DNA of 64,000 nt from Takakia lepidozioides (taxonomy: Eukaryota; Plantae; Bryophyta), in contig CM060734.1 of assembly GCA_030704615.1 (NCBI GenBank), positions 47,988,001-48,052,000 of the forward strand. Direction: 5' to 3'. The stretch's first letter is position 1, and every line of letters begins with the position of its first letter. A program made the position numbers and the translations under genes. Under the pieces are notes generated by a model, which was not told the origin of the DNA, did no database searches, and worked only from the letters and a program-made list of their open reading frames with translations. This document shows, piece after piece, positions 13,397-27,500 of the stretch.

Positions 13397-16300
13397 CCTA
13401 TGTCTGTCTCTTGAAGGATTGCATCAAGAGGAAACGCCTAGCAGAGGGAAACCAGGTGCATGCCCACATCATCCAAAGTGGATTCAAGCCAGACATCTTT
13501 CTACACAACACCCTCATCAACATGCATGCCAAGTGCGGAAGCATTGTGGATGCACGCCTAGTGTTCGACAAAATCCCTGAACGAGGTTTGACTACGTGGA
13601 ATATAATGATAGCAGCATATGCCAAGCGCAGACACTTTAGGGAGGCTCTGGAGACCTTTGAGCAAATGATTCAGGAAGGGGTGACACCCAACCAGGTCAC
13701 GTTCATTTGGGTTCTCAAGGCATGTACCAGCCTGACAGACCTGAGAAAGGGCAGAGAGGTCCACGCTCACATCATGAAAGCTGGAATGGTACCAGATGTC
13801 ATCCTGGACACAACCCTCATCAACATGTTGCCAAATGCGGGAGCATCAATGATGCAAAGGAAGTTTTTAGTAATATGGGTAAACGAGATCTGTTTTCATG
13901 GAGTGCAATGATCGGAGGATATGCCCAGCACGGGTGTGGGATGGAGGCTTTGAACATCTATGAGCAAATGATGTTGGACGGGGTGAAGCCTGACCAGGTC
14001 ACGTTCGTTTGCGTTTTGAATGCCTGTGCCAGCCTATCAGCTCTGGACAAGGGCAAGGAGGTCCATGCTGACATCAGGAAAGCTGGAATTGTTTCAACTA
14101 TCTTGGACACTACCCTGGTCAACATGTATGCCAAATGCGGGAGCATCAAGGATGCCAAGGTAGTGTTCGAAAAGATGGCAGAACGAAGTGTCATGGAATG
14201 CGATGATCACAGGATATGCCCAGCATGGGTGTGGGATGGAAGCTTTAGAGACCTACGAGCAAATGAAGCGGGAAGGGGTGAAAGCCAACCAGGTTACGTT
14301 TGTTTGCGTTTGCAATGCCTGTTCCAGCCTGGCAGCTCTGGAAAAGGGCAAAAAGGTGCATGCTGACATCATGAAAGCTGGAATTGTACCAAATATCATT
14401 CTGGACAATACCCTTGTGGACATTTAAATGCGGGAGCATTGAGGATGCAAAGGGAGTGTTGGACAATATGCCTGAACGAGATGTGGTGTCATGGAATGTG
14501 ATGATCAGAGGGTATGCCCAGCATGGGTGTGGCAAGGAGGCTTTTGAGACCTATGAGCAAATGATGCGGGAAAAGGTGAAGCCCAACCAGGTCACGTTTG
14601 TTTGCATTTGCAATGCCTGTGCCAGCCTGGGGGCCCTGGGAAAAGCCAAACAGGTGCATGCTGACATTATCAAATCTGGAATTGTGGCAAATATCATCTT
14701 AAACACTACCCTTGTGGATATGTATGCCAAATGTGGGAGCATCAATTTTGCAAAGGAAGTGTTTGACAGTATGGCTGAACGAAATGTGGTGTCGTGGAAT
14801 GCGATGATTGCAAGATATGCTGAGCATAGATGTGGATTGGAGGCTCTGGATAGCTATCGGCAAATGATGCAGGAAGGGGTGAATCCCGATCAGGTCACGT
14901 TCGTTTGTGTTTGCAATGCATGTGCCAGCCTGACAGTTCTGGAAAAGGGCAAAAGAGGTTCATGCTGACATCCTTAAAGCTGGGATTATACCAGACATTC
15001 CTTGTTGACATGTATGCCAAATGTGGGAGCATGGAGGATGCAAAGGGAGTTTTTGACAATATGGCGAAACGAAATGTGGTTTCGTGGAGTGCAATGATCA
15101 CAGGATATACCCAGCATGGGTGTGGGATGGAGGCTTTGGAGACCTATGTGCAAATGATGCGGGAAAGGGTGAAGCCGAATAAGGTCACTTTTGTTTGCAT
15201 TTGCAATGCATGTGCCAGCTTGGCAGCCCTGGACAAAGCCAAAGAGGTGCATGCTGACATCTTGAAGACTGGAATTGTGCCAGATATTATCCTGAGCACT
15301 ACCCTCGTGCACATGTATGCCAGGTGTGGGAGCATGGAGGACGCAAAGGTGGTATTTTACAATATGGCTGAACGAAATGTGGTGTCATGGAGTGCAATGA
15401 TTGCAGGATATGCCCAGCATGGTTGTGGGATGCAGGCTCTGGAGACGTATGAGCAATTGAAGTGGGAAGGTGTGAAGCCCGACCAGGTCACGTTCGTTTG
15501 CGTTTGCAATGCGTGTGCCAGCCTTGCATCTCTTGAAATGGGCAGGCAGGTCCATGCTGACATCATGAGGGCTGGAATTGTACCAAATATCAATCTGAAC
15601 AACACCCTCATGGACATGTATGCCAAATGTGGGAGCATCAAGGATGCAAAGGGAGTGTTTGACTGTATGGCTAAACGGGATGTGGTCTCATGGAATGCAA
15701 TGATCGCTGGATATTCCCAGCATGGTTGTCGTAGGGAGGCCCTGGAACTATTTGAAGCTATGCTGAAGGAAGGCTTGAAGCCGAACAGTGTCACCTTTAT
15801 ATGTGTTCTCTCTGCATGTAGCCATGGGGGCCTAGTGGATGAAGGCAGACACTACTTTGTTTCCCTGAGTCAAGATCATGGCCTTACTCCTACAGTGGAG
15901 CACTTTGGCTGCATGGTGGACCTTCTTGGTCGTGCAGGCTGCTTGAATGAGGCAGAGGACTTCATTGAAAAATGCCAATCAAACCTTGTGCTGTGGTGTG
16001 GAAAGCTTTGCTTGGTGCGTGCAGAATTCATGGCAATGTAGAAGTGGCAGAGCGCATGGCAAAATCTATTTTCAAGTGGGATCAACAGGACACAGCAACT
16101 TACGTGCTACTTTCAAACATCTATGCTGCAGCTTGCCGATACCGCAAAAGTGAGAAAGATGATGAAGGTCAGAGGTGTCAGAAAGGAGCCAGGTGGTTGC
16201 TGCATTGAGGCCCACAACGGGGTGCACGCATTTGTGGTAGATGACAAATTGCATCCACAAATTGAGGAAATCCATGCTTAGCTGAGAAGATTGTCTGGGC

Positions 16301-16596
16301 AGATGGAGGAGGCAGGGTATGTGCCTGACACACGCTTTGTATTACATGAGTGGGAGGAGGAGCAAAAGAAATTTTCTCTTTGCCACCACAGTGAGAAGCT
16401 GGCTATTGCTTTTGGGCTGATTAGCACAGCCCCTGGGACGCCTCTTCATATCATCAAGAATCTTCTGGTGTGTGGTGACTGCCACACAGCCACCATGTGC
16501 ATCTCAAAGATTGTTGGGAGAGCAATTGTTGTACGCGATGCGAACCGCTTTCACCACTTCCAAGATGGGGTTTGTTCTTGCGGGGAGTACTGGTGA
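13397..16596 (+). pseudogene. PLS-class PPR-E-DYW (PG-type) RNA editing factor, disrupted
   Basis: Many P/L/S repeats (LVDMYAKCGS..DA..VF, VVSWNAMI.GYAQHG), E domain, PG box KEPG, HSEKLA, CxxCH, terminus [15 protein letters not shown]. Several frameshifts and an in-frame TAG at 16279-16281. Confidence 0.9.
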
Positions 16597-18569
16597 AACG
16601 AAGTTTGTCTTCTCAGGTGTAAGTGTCTTGCTGCATTCATTAAAACCATGCAGCTGGCTCGTGCATTCACCATTCCCTACTTAGCGACAAGGTGGAAACT
16701 CTGTACAGAACAGTGATATGTCCCACTTAACAAACTGCAATGTGGTTAGAAGTATCAACTGTTGATGTACAAGGTGGTCTAGATCATGGTAACTGTGGAT
16801 GCCTGCGCTGCTGCTTTAGCTCCCGACAGACTTGGCACGTTGCCGTCATTGGACTGCGCATTCGTGTATAGAGAAAGAGAGATACATGCTTTGCCCAGTC
16901 ATGGCATAACCTCCCAAGCTGCTCCCACTGCGTGCCTACTTCAAACGGCAAGATGAGGGAGGTTTGCCAAAGGAGGTTTCTGCAAACAGTGGATGTGTGG
17001 CCCACTAATTGCGTTAAGCTCCAAGGAGAGTTTCTCTTGCCCTTGTTGTGTTTTCTGGCTATGTTTCTGGCTGAACGCTGTGGGTGGCCAAGAGCATTTG
17101 CATGAGCCCGCCATTGCACGTGGCGAACCCTCCCACAATTTCACGGCCACAAGCCTGTGGGATGCACGTGTTTGCAGTAAGATCAGAAGAAGTTGTTACA
17201 TCTCCTGCACAAACAGTGTGCCAAGTGAGTGTTGTGTGCAGGGGCACAAGCTGGGACGGACAGGTTTGTGTGGATTGTTAACAGTTCCCTGATTTCTTTC
17301 CGATCCCAATTATGATTTCCTTTGTCTTATTCACTAACCATCCGATTTGGTGGGACCATATAGATGTCCTTTTAACTGAGCTCTTTCTTTTTCTCATACT
17401 GCCTATCCCCCGTTCTGCCTGATTCTTCTCCTAAATATTTTTATCTTGTCACTCTCCATGGCACACAAAAGATGTCTTTGCGTATTTATGTAGATTAACA
17501 GTGTTGTATTTTGAGTTGATGAGGCCTGTTGCTATACTGCAGATGAATCGTGGAAAGAGTTTGTATAGATTAAGTACTAATCTGATCATCATGTGACTAC
17601 CAATAGGATGCCCCTGATAATGCATCTCCTTCATATATGCCTTTTTGGTGCATGTGCCACTCCAGAGAGGTTCGTCTCCATACTAATCTTTAATCTTCTG
17701 ACAATAAATCTCGTTTGGAACAGATCCAACAGAGGGTAGAGTGTGAAAGAAGGTACATGTTTGAAAGAATGATGAGTACATTTGAGAGAAAAATCTCCTG
17801 GGTTTCCTTCTGTAGCAAGCTTCATTGATTTGTGTAGAGCTTCATCTTCCAGATGGGATGGAAATGAATCTAATCCCACTTCAAATTATTCTTTGAGCTA
17901 CTAATTGAAGGGAAGGGAAGAAAGCTTGGCAGGTTTTGATGGCCAGATGTGCTCGGGCAGGAAGAACAGAGCTTCTCGTGAAGTTTCAATGACATTGGTC
18001 TGGAGAGGGATCCTCTGCAGCTGCATTGCCAAGAGCTACGCACAGCACCTTCCTGTTCTCAGAGGGTTAAGTCCTTGCCCCTGGAGCATGATGAGCTCGA
18101 CATCTATTGGTGCCACAAAAGAATCATTACACCCTATTTTCAGGCACTTCGACGCAAAAGCGACCCCAGTGTGATTTAGGCTCTGACATTTGCTTTTGCT
18201 CCTCTATGTGGACATGGTCTAAAGCTAGCCGATCGTTTCATTTCTTGTTGTCTGTTTTCCACTTGTCTTTGGAGGCTCGGTATGGGTTGCTGCCCTACTG
18301 CCATATTAGAAGGTTATTTTGTCTGACTCGCAAAAAAGGCCAGCGAAAAAGAAAGGTCCCCTTATTTATGTGGTCAAGGATGATTTGGTGTGGGCCATGA
18401 TGGAGTTCAGTCAGGTCTTCAAAAAAGAGTCAAACAAGCAGCTCTAGTTGTCTAGTGAGTTCTTGCCAAGTGCAGATTGGTGGTCATCGTATTGGCACCA
18501 GGTCGAAGTTGCCATGAGTAGTGCAAAGGAGGCGGTGGACACACTGGTGAAGAGCTTTCTATATGATCG

Positions 18570-20290
18570 ATTAGCATGCATGTGTGGTGTTTGACAAGAT
18601 GCATGAACGAGACTTGATCACATGGAATATATTGATAGCAGCATATTCCAAGCAGGGATATTGTAGCGAGGCCTTGGACACCTATAAGCAAATGATGTTG
18701 GAAAGAGTGACACCCAACAACGTCACATTCAAAGCGTGTGCCAACCTGGCAGACCTGGAAAAAGGCAAAGAGGTCCATGTTCACCTCTTACAAGCTGGAA
18801 TTGTACCAGATATTGTTCTGGACTCCTCAACATGTATGCCAAATGTGGGAGCATCAAAGATTCACAGGGAGTGTTCAATAATATGGGTAAACAAGTTTTG
18901 ATCTCGTGGAGTACTATGATCAATCACAGGATATTCCCAGCATGGGTGTGGGATGGAGGCTTTGGAGACCTGTGAGCAAATGATGCGGGAAGGGATGATG
19001 CCTGACAATGTCTCACTTAATTGAATTTGCAATGCTTGTATAAGTCTGGCATCCCTGGAAAAAGCTAAAGAGGTCCATGCTGCTATCATGAAATCTGGAA
19101 TTGTGCCAAATATTATCTTGGACCGTGGTCAAACGTGTATGCCAAATGTGGGAGCATCCAGGATGCAAAGGGATTGTTTGACGATATGGCTAAACGAAAT
19201 GTGTTGTCATGGATTACAATGTTTGCAAGATATGCCGAGCATGGGTGTGGGATGGAGGCTTTGGAGACTTCTGAACGAATGATCAGGGAGGGGGTGAAGC
19301 CTGACAAAGTCAAGTTTGTTTGTGTCTGCAATGTGTGTGAGAGCCTGGCAGCTCTGGAGGAAGCTAAAGAGGTCCATGCTGACATGAGGAAAGCTGGAAT
19401 TGTACCCAATAACATTCTGGGCAATACACTTGTGGACATGTATGCCAAATGCGGGAGAATTGAGGATGCAAAGGGGGTGTTCAACAATATGGCTGAACAA
19501 AATGTGGTGTCATGGAGTGCGATGATCATAGGATATGCCCAACATGGGTGTGGGATGGAGGCTTTGGAGACCTATGAGCAAAGGATGCAGGAAGGGGTGA
19601 AGCCCAACCAGGTCACATTCATTTGTGTGTGCAATGCCTGTGCTGGCCTGGCAGCCCTGGGAAAGGGTAAAGAGGTCCATGCTGACATTTGTTTCTGTTT
19701 GCAGTGCATGTGCCAGCCTTGCAGCTCTGGAAAAGGGCAAAGAGGTGCATGCTGACATCATGAGAGCTGGACTTGCACCAGATATCATCTTGTGCACTAC
19801 CCTTGTGGACATGTATGCCAAATGTGGGAGCATGGAGGATGCAAAGCGAGTGTTTGACAACATGGCTGCACGAAATGTGGCATCATGCAATGCATCATGG
19901 AGACATGCTTTATCCTATATGTATAGTCGCATGAGTCTCCCGGGAGATGAGAAGGAGCTCACAAGACACAAGTCTCTATAATGTTTACTTGCTCCGGTCA
20001 CCAAATTACCAAACAACATAACTGGAATATCTTGGCTGCCAGGAACCAGGTCATGATTTGTCTGCATTTGCAATGCCTGTGCCAGCTTTGCAGCCCTGGG
20101 AAAGGGCAAAGAGGTCCATGCCCAAATCCTTAATGCTGGAATTGAAACCAAATATCATAGTGGACAACACCATCGTGGACATGTATGCCAAATGTTGGAG
20201 CATGGTGGATGCAAATGGAGTGTTCAAGAGTATGACTGAATGAGATGTAGTATCATGGAATGCAACGATCGCAGGATATGCCCAGCATGA
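18570..20290 (+). pseudogene. Second PLS-PPR paralog, fragmented, no E/DYW domain visible
   Basis: Repeats nearly identical in style to 13.4-15.8 kb, spread over several frames with deletions. Confidence 0.85.
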
Positions 20291-21423
20291 ATAAAGGGGG
20301 GGTTGAAATATTTGGTGTCATTGCTAGTGAGTTGTGGTGGCACCCTCGGTGGTTTCTGGATGGTTTGGGTTTTGGCCAAAAGACACGGGATTCAGGCACT
20401 TCCATACTGCTTGTACGTGGGCCTCGGAGGATTTACAAATGGGGATTTATAGAGGTAGGGAGCATTTGTATGTGGTGATGGGGGATAGGTATCTGCTTGT
20501 GGGACCGGTCTGCATTGGGGGTCAGCTCTGTCATGGGGCAGCAAAGGCAGCTGCATTTCAACGAGAGTCTCAGAAGGTCATGTTCAGTATGGGCGCTTAT
20601 CCACCGAGCCAGGTTTATTATTGGTCTCCGGAGTTGACTGATTTATTCTTGAAATCCTTACGTTTTTGTATTTTCCACTGCATAAGACCTGAGAATGTTC
20701 CCCCGAGTTGCCATTGTCTAAAATTTCATTTATTATTCACTTGACAAATTTCATATGCTCTGAAGATAGCTGTACTAGATTGAAAGTTACTAATGTCATT
20801 ACACTGAATTTTCACACCAGTGTAGGTTGAGACTTGAGACTTGACACACCCATTTATTTTGCTCTAGGTCATGAGGATTTGCAGTTTGCAGGACCCTACA
20901 ATAGTTTGGTGCTAAGAGAGAGAGAAAACTCTGGCCAAAGCCAGTGGAACTACCTTTCAATTACTGCCCCTTTTCTTGGTAAGCAAATGTGTCATGGGAA
21001 AGATTTGGATTCATGATGAAGCCAATGATGTGCTTCTCCTAGGTTACAAATCTCAAGCCCCAGCTGACAAGTGGTTACAGTCATGCATATAGAATCAAGT
21101 TTTGTCCCTGTCCACACATTCAGTTTGAGTATAGTTTCCAATTATAGCCTCATAAAAACTTATGACGAAAGAAATTCGTCAGCTGCAACCACATTATCAC
21201 TTCGATGTTTGGACTCTTAACTCTTCATCAGTTTCAGCACACCCACTCTTTAGCTTGGTGTCCTGCTGGTGGTTCACTGTTCCCACTTGTTGTGTACCGC
21301 GTGCCACTGGTTGCGTCTCACCCCCATCACTAAGGGATCTCAATCATTTCGTTTCTTCCTCTTCCTGACAGCAAGTTGGGGTTAGCCTTTGGCTGTAGTA
21401 CATCACATCCCATTTTTCGCTCC

Positions 21424-24240
21424 TTATCGACCAAATGATAATGAGAGGGAGCATGTTGACGTCAGCACATGTGAGACATCCAGCAAAGGTCCATCATGGT
21501 CACAGCTCTGGAGACCATTGGGTCCCTTTGAGCGCTGAGCCCAACTCTTCTTCATGGAGGTAGCTGCAAACCGCAGTTGCTCCAGATACTTGGGATCTGA
21601 CATCTTGATGTACTCTCTTGGCTCACACAGCTCCTGCAGAATACCAGACCACAAAAGGACCAAGTTGTGTTCAGATTGCCCCTCTCCATTTGTCATTAAA
21701 GCAGGAGAATGTCAAGCGAATGGCATATGCTTGGCTTCCCTGCTAATCATGCTCCCTTTAGGCTTGTGCAGTAGTCTCCAGGCTGTAACCAATGCCTGGC
21801 AAAAGCAACCAAAAGCTGTGAAGAACCAGCCAAAGCACTCATTGAATTGGCAGTGAGCTTCCTGATGGATTACCTCGTGGCTACTTTGGACAGACCTACT
21901 GCTGGCCACCCAATAGAAACCTTGTAATGATTAGATAACATGTTTCTGAACGATGATCCACAAATAAACAATTCCTGTAATCAGGTCGATCTTGTAACCT
22001 TGAAGCAAACAGACAAGCAAAATCTTACTTCTGTTTAGTCTTTGCAGCAAGGAAGTCTTTAAGGGGTCGCTCACCGGATGCTGCTCAAAAAAAGCTTTGT
22101 AGCCACCCTGCAGAACGAACATGTTCGGAAAAGCCAACTCTGGGTATGTTGCCATGTGTTTAACCCTGTCTATGTTGCGCATGTGGCTGAACCTGCAATC
22201 CGAAAAAATAGAGAGCTAAACTGGCCATTCACACAAAGCATCAGGCAAGTTGCCATACAACTGTACTATGGAGAAAAGGAAATCAATGGAAATATACGCT
22301 TGATCTCAGTTGCCTATGCAAGCACTGATGCCATGGCTTCCAGTCAAACTGAAAGGTCAATTTTCAAATATGCTGCGGCCTTCATAACAAACAAGCAGAA
22401 CCTCGTCAACGGAGTGACAACACAGCAGGTGGTCCTGCAAGGTGCTGAACACACTGAAATCGTCCAGGAATACCTGCATGAAATCGCTTAGGAACTACTC
22501 GAGCTAGAAACTTCAACCATAGCTTTCCACCAATTATGTGAGACCGTTGACAGTCTCACTGTTGTTTGGTGTGACTATGTGTTCTCCACACTCCTACGTT
22601 CTCTTTGAAACTGCATTGAAGCTATGTGGAAAATATACCTGAAAAATACTACTGCAAGATCACCAAAAAAGGGATGTCTGTTACTAAAACAACACAAACG
22701 GCAGGAACCTTTGCAAGAAAGACCCTTGGTGTATCTGTGATGCCAGACTGTTATGCCAACTTGGGTAAGCCTTTCCCAAGCTGTTCCCAACCCTGGTGTC
22801 AAGCCCTCCTACTCATCTTAAACTACTATATTAGCATACCTGGTGAAAAAAGGTGTCAGAGTGGGCAAGCCACTTACAGCTTAGGTGCTCTTGCAGAAGA
22901 GAACTCACAATGGAAGATGATAGCAAGATGCTTTCCCTTGTCTATATGTGCTGAGTAGAAGTCCTCAATGGAGCTAGGGTCACTCAGATTTATAGCACCC
23001 TGCATATGCAATCAATCTTTCGATGGATTCTGTCCTCTTCATGGCCATTTAGGTACCTCTACGAGCTCACTTATTTTAGAATAGACTTCCCTGGCACTGT
23101 AATCTCCTGAATACATTCATTCTTCAATCCCAAACATTGATACCTTTCCATGTTTAATACAAGATTCAAACTAGCAGTCATAGGGATTCATAGCTCTCGA
23201 TTATAGATATCCTCACTTGAGCCAAGGTCTAGGACAATGTAGGCTCAAAACTAGAGGTCAGCCTGAAAACAAAGATTGAAGAATCCATAGAAACCTCTGC
23301 TTAGCTGCGTAACTTTCATTATTCAACAGAAAGAATGTGTGTAACTCAGAAAGTGCCAGTGCAACAGAACATGATTGGGAATCAGTCAGGAACAGGGTAA
23401 AACCTTTGTTCAATTCTGGTAGCAAGAAAGCCTCAAAGTTATGCAAGGTTTTGTCAATCTAATAGTAATCCAGAGCAGCCAGCACAAATTAAAACAACCT
23501 GGTCAGGCGAGTTTTGTTGTGTTTTGTGAAGTCACACCTACTGCTGCAGCTTAAGCAAGGTGGACAACCTTGTAGAATGTTGTCACTAACCTTGATGTGG
23601 CCGCCTGCATACTCGTAGTTGTGGCGGGAGTCTATTATCACAACTGATTCAGCACTGCAACCCTGCTCTCCTGTTATGATCTTCTTGAGCTGCACGCGAT
23701 TTGAGCGAACGGCGTTAACTTTTGCCCCTTAACTGGGAGCCTATTGCTTTTAGACTCATGACGCTGTAGCGGACGTTTTTGGTAGTGCGGCTTACACTAC
23801 CGCAGCTCTCTTTGGCGCTCCTAAATACAATCCTCTACACGTATCCAAAAGTGACGTTAAATTCCGACTCTGAACCTGCAGACATGATGGTCGAGCAATG
23901 ACATATCTTCAGATTACAAAAATACGAGAGAATCGAAAACTCTTGACTCTCGTACCTCAACACACCCTCACCCTTTGTTTTCCCAAGCGTGACGGAGTGT
24001 TTCACACTAACGGTGTTTGAGAAGCCAAAGAGGAGACTTACAACATCTGCTGAGATGGTTGGAAGTCCACAATCATCGACGAGAGGAAAGAGCGGTGGTA
24101 GCTCACTTCCAAGTTCTCGAAGGGGAGAGATGCTGACAGCAGAAACCGAGCAAGCGCAATGCTCCATTGTCCTCCACTTTTGCAGTGCTCCAAATGCACA
24201 GCGATTACTGGGAGAGACACGAATGATTTCTTTCCTGCCA
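21424..24240 (-). CDS. CDC25: Cdc25-family (M-phase inducer) dual-specificity phosphatase, multi-exon; 5' end uncertain
   Basis: GT-AG exons <=24240-24042, 23689-23591, 22999-22878, 22192-22075 and 21633-21424 splice in frame to LPTISADV-LKKII...IIDSRHNYEYAGGHIK-GAINL...IIFHCEFSSARAPKL-FSHMRNIDR....YPELAFPNMFVLQGGYKAFF..HP-ELCEPREYIKM. Confidence 0.85.
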
Positions 24241-24304
24241 GATTCTGCACGGGCATTTCATGCCTTTCCTTTCACCTGTGCCAGTATGACGGGTATCAAC
24301 AGCA

Positions 24305-24390
24305 GAAATGAAATGAAATGGTGCTTTATAACGTCCGCGGAAAGCTCATAGAGCTTATGGGACAAAATGAAAAAAACATGAGAAAGAGTG
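24305..24390 (-). mobile_element. Extreme 3' end of a LINE family with a (CATTT)n tail
   Basis: Reverse complement matches 49395-49470 and 28200-28280. Confidence 0.7.
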
Positions 24391-24502
24391 AAGAGCAAAT
24401 AATGCCTCCTTATGCAAACCTGGAAAATTCGGGAGGTGCTCGATGCTTATTTCTTTGTCGAAAGAACATCAAAATGCGGACAATGCTAGAAGTTGTAGTG
24501 CT

Positions 24503-24590
24503 CATAATAATAATATATGACGCTCCCGAAGGAAGCGTAAATTATGGTGTCTCTTGACCCCGAAGGCCTTCCAGCAGGAAGGTGAACAGA
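24503..24590 (-). mobile_element. 5'-truncated SINE family 2 copy
   Basis: cccgaaggaagcgtaaattatggtgtctctt matches 52824-52856; (taa)n tail. Confidence 0.65.
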
Positions 24591-27500
24591 TATTTCTTAA
24601 GGCGTTTTCTATGATCCCAACTCTTGGCCGAGAGGAATTTAGGTTTTTCCATTGTTTTGCCTAGCGGTTACAGTTCAGCCACTCCAGCAACCAGCAACCT
24701 CTTCACGACGCGCTGAAGAGACTGAAGAGCCAGAGTTCGAAAGAAGTTAGGAAAGCAAGATGGAAGCGGCGGGTGTCTCTCTCGCAGCAGTTGGTTACTA
24801 TCAACCTTACTTGTGAAGGAGTTGGAGGGAAGAACAGGATGGAGTCGATGCGATGTGAGAAGGTGTTATGGTCTACTTCTATCGCAATCGCATGTTGAGT
24901 GCACATATAAAGGTGCAATTGTGAACAGGCAGGATATTGTTTCACTGTACACTACATTCGCCAGACCCCGACAACTTTCACAGGATAATTTGCAAACTTT
25001 TCCTTCCAACTAATCTCTTGTCAGCTTCTGTGCCGCCTGATCGACTGAGCTTCAGCATGTTACTCGTGCCCTTGCAAACCTCGAGGACGAAAAGTCTCTC
25101 ATTGACAAAAAACCGCTTTATACAGAAAGACAAAATTTTCACACTGTAGTATGCAGCCACAGATTGGAGCTATGATGTCTAATATCCATTACACGCGAAT
25201 TCAGCAAGGAAACAGACGAATACACAGCGACGCTCCTTGAAGATACTGGCATCGATCTCTATTCTTTGAAAAGAGAAGCCTTAGAATTGCGTGTGGGGGC
25301 CGCATTATTCATAACAACGTAACATCCAGAGAATGACGGACCACTGTCGCAGGCAAGCTAATGGCATTGTTAGAACGCACGATCTTCACAACAATAACAA
25401 AAACAGATAAGCAGATCTCCCACAAGGACATCGAGCATCAAAGCTGGAAGGGAAAGATACACAGTATTTCCCCCTGAAGAAGGTGGCGCTTGTCATCTGG
25501 GGGTGGCACTCCAGTAGTCGCCAACACGTATAAACTACCAAAGGTGGCCAAACCTACGACAAAGGGACGAAGTGAAAGGAATACGTCTTCCAGGACGACG
25601 GCACAGACGAAACTCAAGTTTGTAGTTCGATTATGGCGCCAAACCAATGGCTGGGTCCCACGAGGCATCAATCTCCTTCCTGCTCTCGACACGGTCTTGG
25701 AGAGGTTCGAGCAAGTCCTCCCCTAAATTGTTGTGAAGATTGTGTTATGAATAGTGCAACGTCGTCACTGTGATTGCACGGATGCGATGTCAAACATTGC
25801 AATATGTAGGGCCTCCTGCTATACCTGCCTTAACCAACTATCCAATACATCAAAAGCCACAAGAGAGGGATGAGGGTTTTGGGGACAAAATAAAAATCAA
25901 TGGTTAGTGCAAAGAACACACCATCCGCATCTGCAAGTGTATCGACCGACTCACCACCGATATTCCCATCTATTAGACCATCTACCATGAAGCAAAGATC
26001 AACAGTGACCCCAAGTAGAACTTCATCGTCCTCCAGAGGCCCGACGAAGGTGAGAGTGTCGACGACGCCAGGCAGAGCATTTTTTAAGGGCAGACGGTCC
26101 GTGAAGACGAGGGAATCAGTGAAACGAGGCTCGTCCAAATTTCCAATGGCGCAAGAAAAGCTCAAGATAAGGACTGTAAGCCAGGCCGAAAATTTCTTCA
26201 AGACCCGCACATTAAGCAAGGCTGATGCCTACATTCGAGACCGCACGGCCAGCGAGGGCCATGCATTTCTTAAAGGGCTTGCACCTGATGCTTCTTTTCT
26301 CCAGGTTTTTTGCCCTCCCTGTTGTAAACTATCTTTTCCAACTTGTTTGGAGTTTATACCGTCGCTTGGTTCATGCAGAAAAATTCAACCTGGTTGGCGG
26401 AAAGCAAATAGGGTTTATTTTATGATTTTTGTGCTGACCAGTTTTGATGTCTTCTAAAAGCTACAATATCGATTCAGCAACTCAGGCTCTTTACTGTTTT
26501 AATTTAGAGAGGAACATGCTCAATACATCAGAGTGACTTGTGATTTTGAATTTCTAAAACCACTTCTTGGTGTCCAGTTCAAATCACTGGAATTCAAACA
26601 TGGCCCTGACATGCCAGGTCAATTACTGTGATGAGGTATCTCTTTCCATCCCCAGTGGACTTCAAATGTTTTACTACCAGCGGTCTTTCTTCTGTCACTC
26701 CCCAGATGTGTGTTAATGACTTTAAGGCAATGTTTGATGGGGTGGTTCGTAGGTTTTTACAAGGGAGCCCTCTATTGTACCAGAAAAAGAATCCTCATCG
26801 GAGTGTTCAATTGAGGTGAGAGCCTGCCTGTTTGTTTTTGAAGTTTGAAGAGCTCAATATTGCACGAGGAAATTGATTGGTCAACAATAAGTTGATACTT
26901 CACTTTAAGCTCACAGATGCTACTGGTTATCAAAAAGGGGAAATGACCACCTGCAAATGCAGAAGCATCACAGTTCTCCCGGCTTTTTTAACAAAATGAT
27001 GTCCCAGTGGGTGAAGCTAGATGTAGAAAGAATTGGTCTCAATTTTCAAAAATGCTTCAAAGGCAAGTTTCCCTTGATAGATCACCATAGAAACAACCTT
27101 AAGAAGGTTTCCATGGCATGGTGATGGGGATTTTCATACTCCCAGCATGGCATAGAATTCAAGGTACCGTTCACCTAATGTATGTAATATCTTGTGGCAT
27201 GGTGTGTAGGAGTGTGCTTGAAGAAGTGGCCGGTATAGAGAAAGAGGCTGCAGAGATGACAGAGGCAGGTGTAGACTTAAAGCGTCCGCCAAAACCGGAA
27301 GAATTGGATGATGTCTGTCGGTTAGTGCTTTCACCCAAGCTCTTCTCTTGCTGTGTATGGACCTTATGTATGCATGTGCATTCCACTAATTTCCCTACAT
27401 TGTCATCTTCTCTGTGGAACTTTCAAGAGGACAGGAAATTGGACCTTATGTATGCACGTGAAATTGGAAGCGTGAGGTGGGAGGTTTTCTGGTGTTACAG

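Noticed and set aside
16291-16596. Possible U-to-C (KP-type) DYW variant because it ends in EYW
   Set aside because: It has a PG box and HSEKLA, typical of C-to-U DYW:PG; EYW is a minor variant and the gene is disrupted.
25300-25755. Short inverted matches (tcttcacaacaa / ttgttgtgaaga) between CDC25 and CFAP100
   Set aside because: Too short and interrupted to call an element or a regulatory site.
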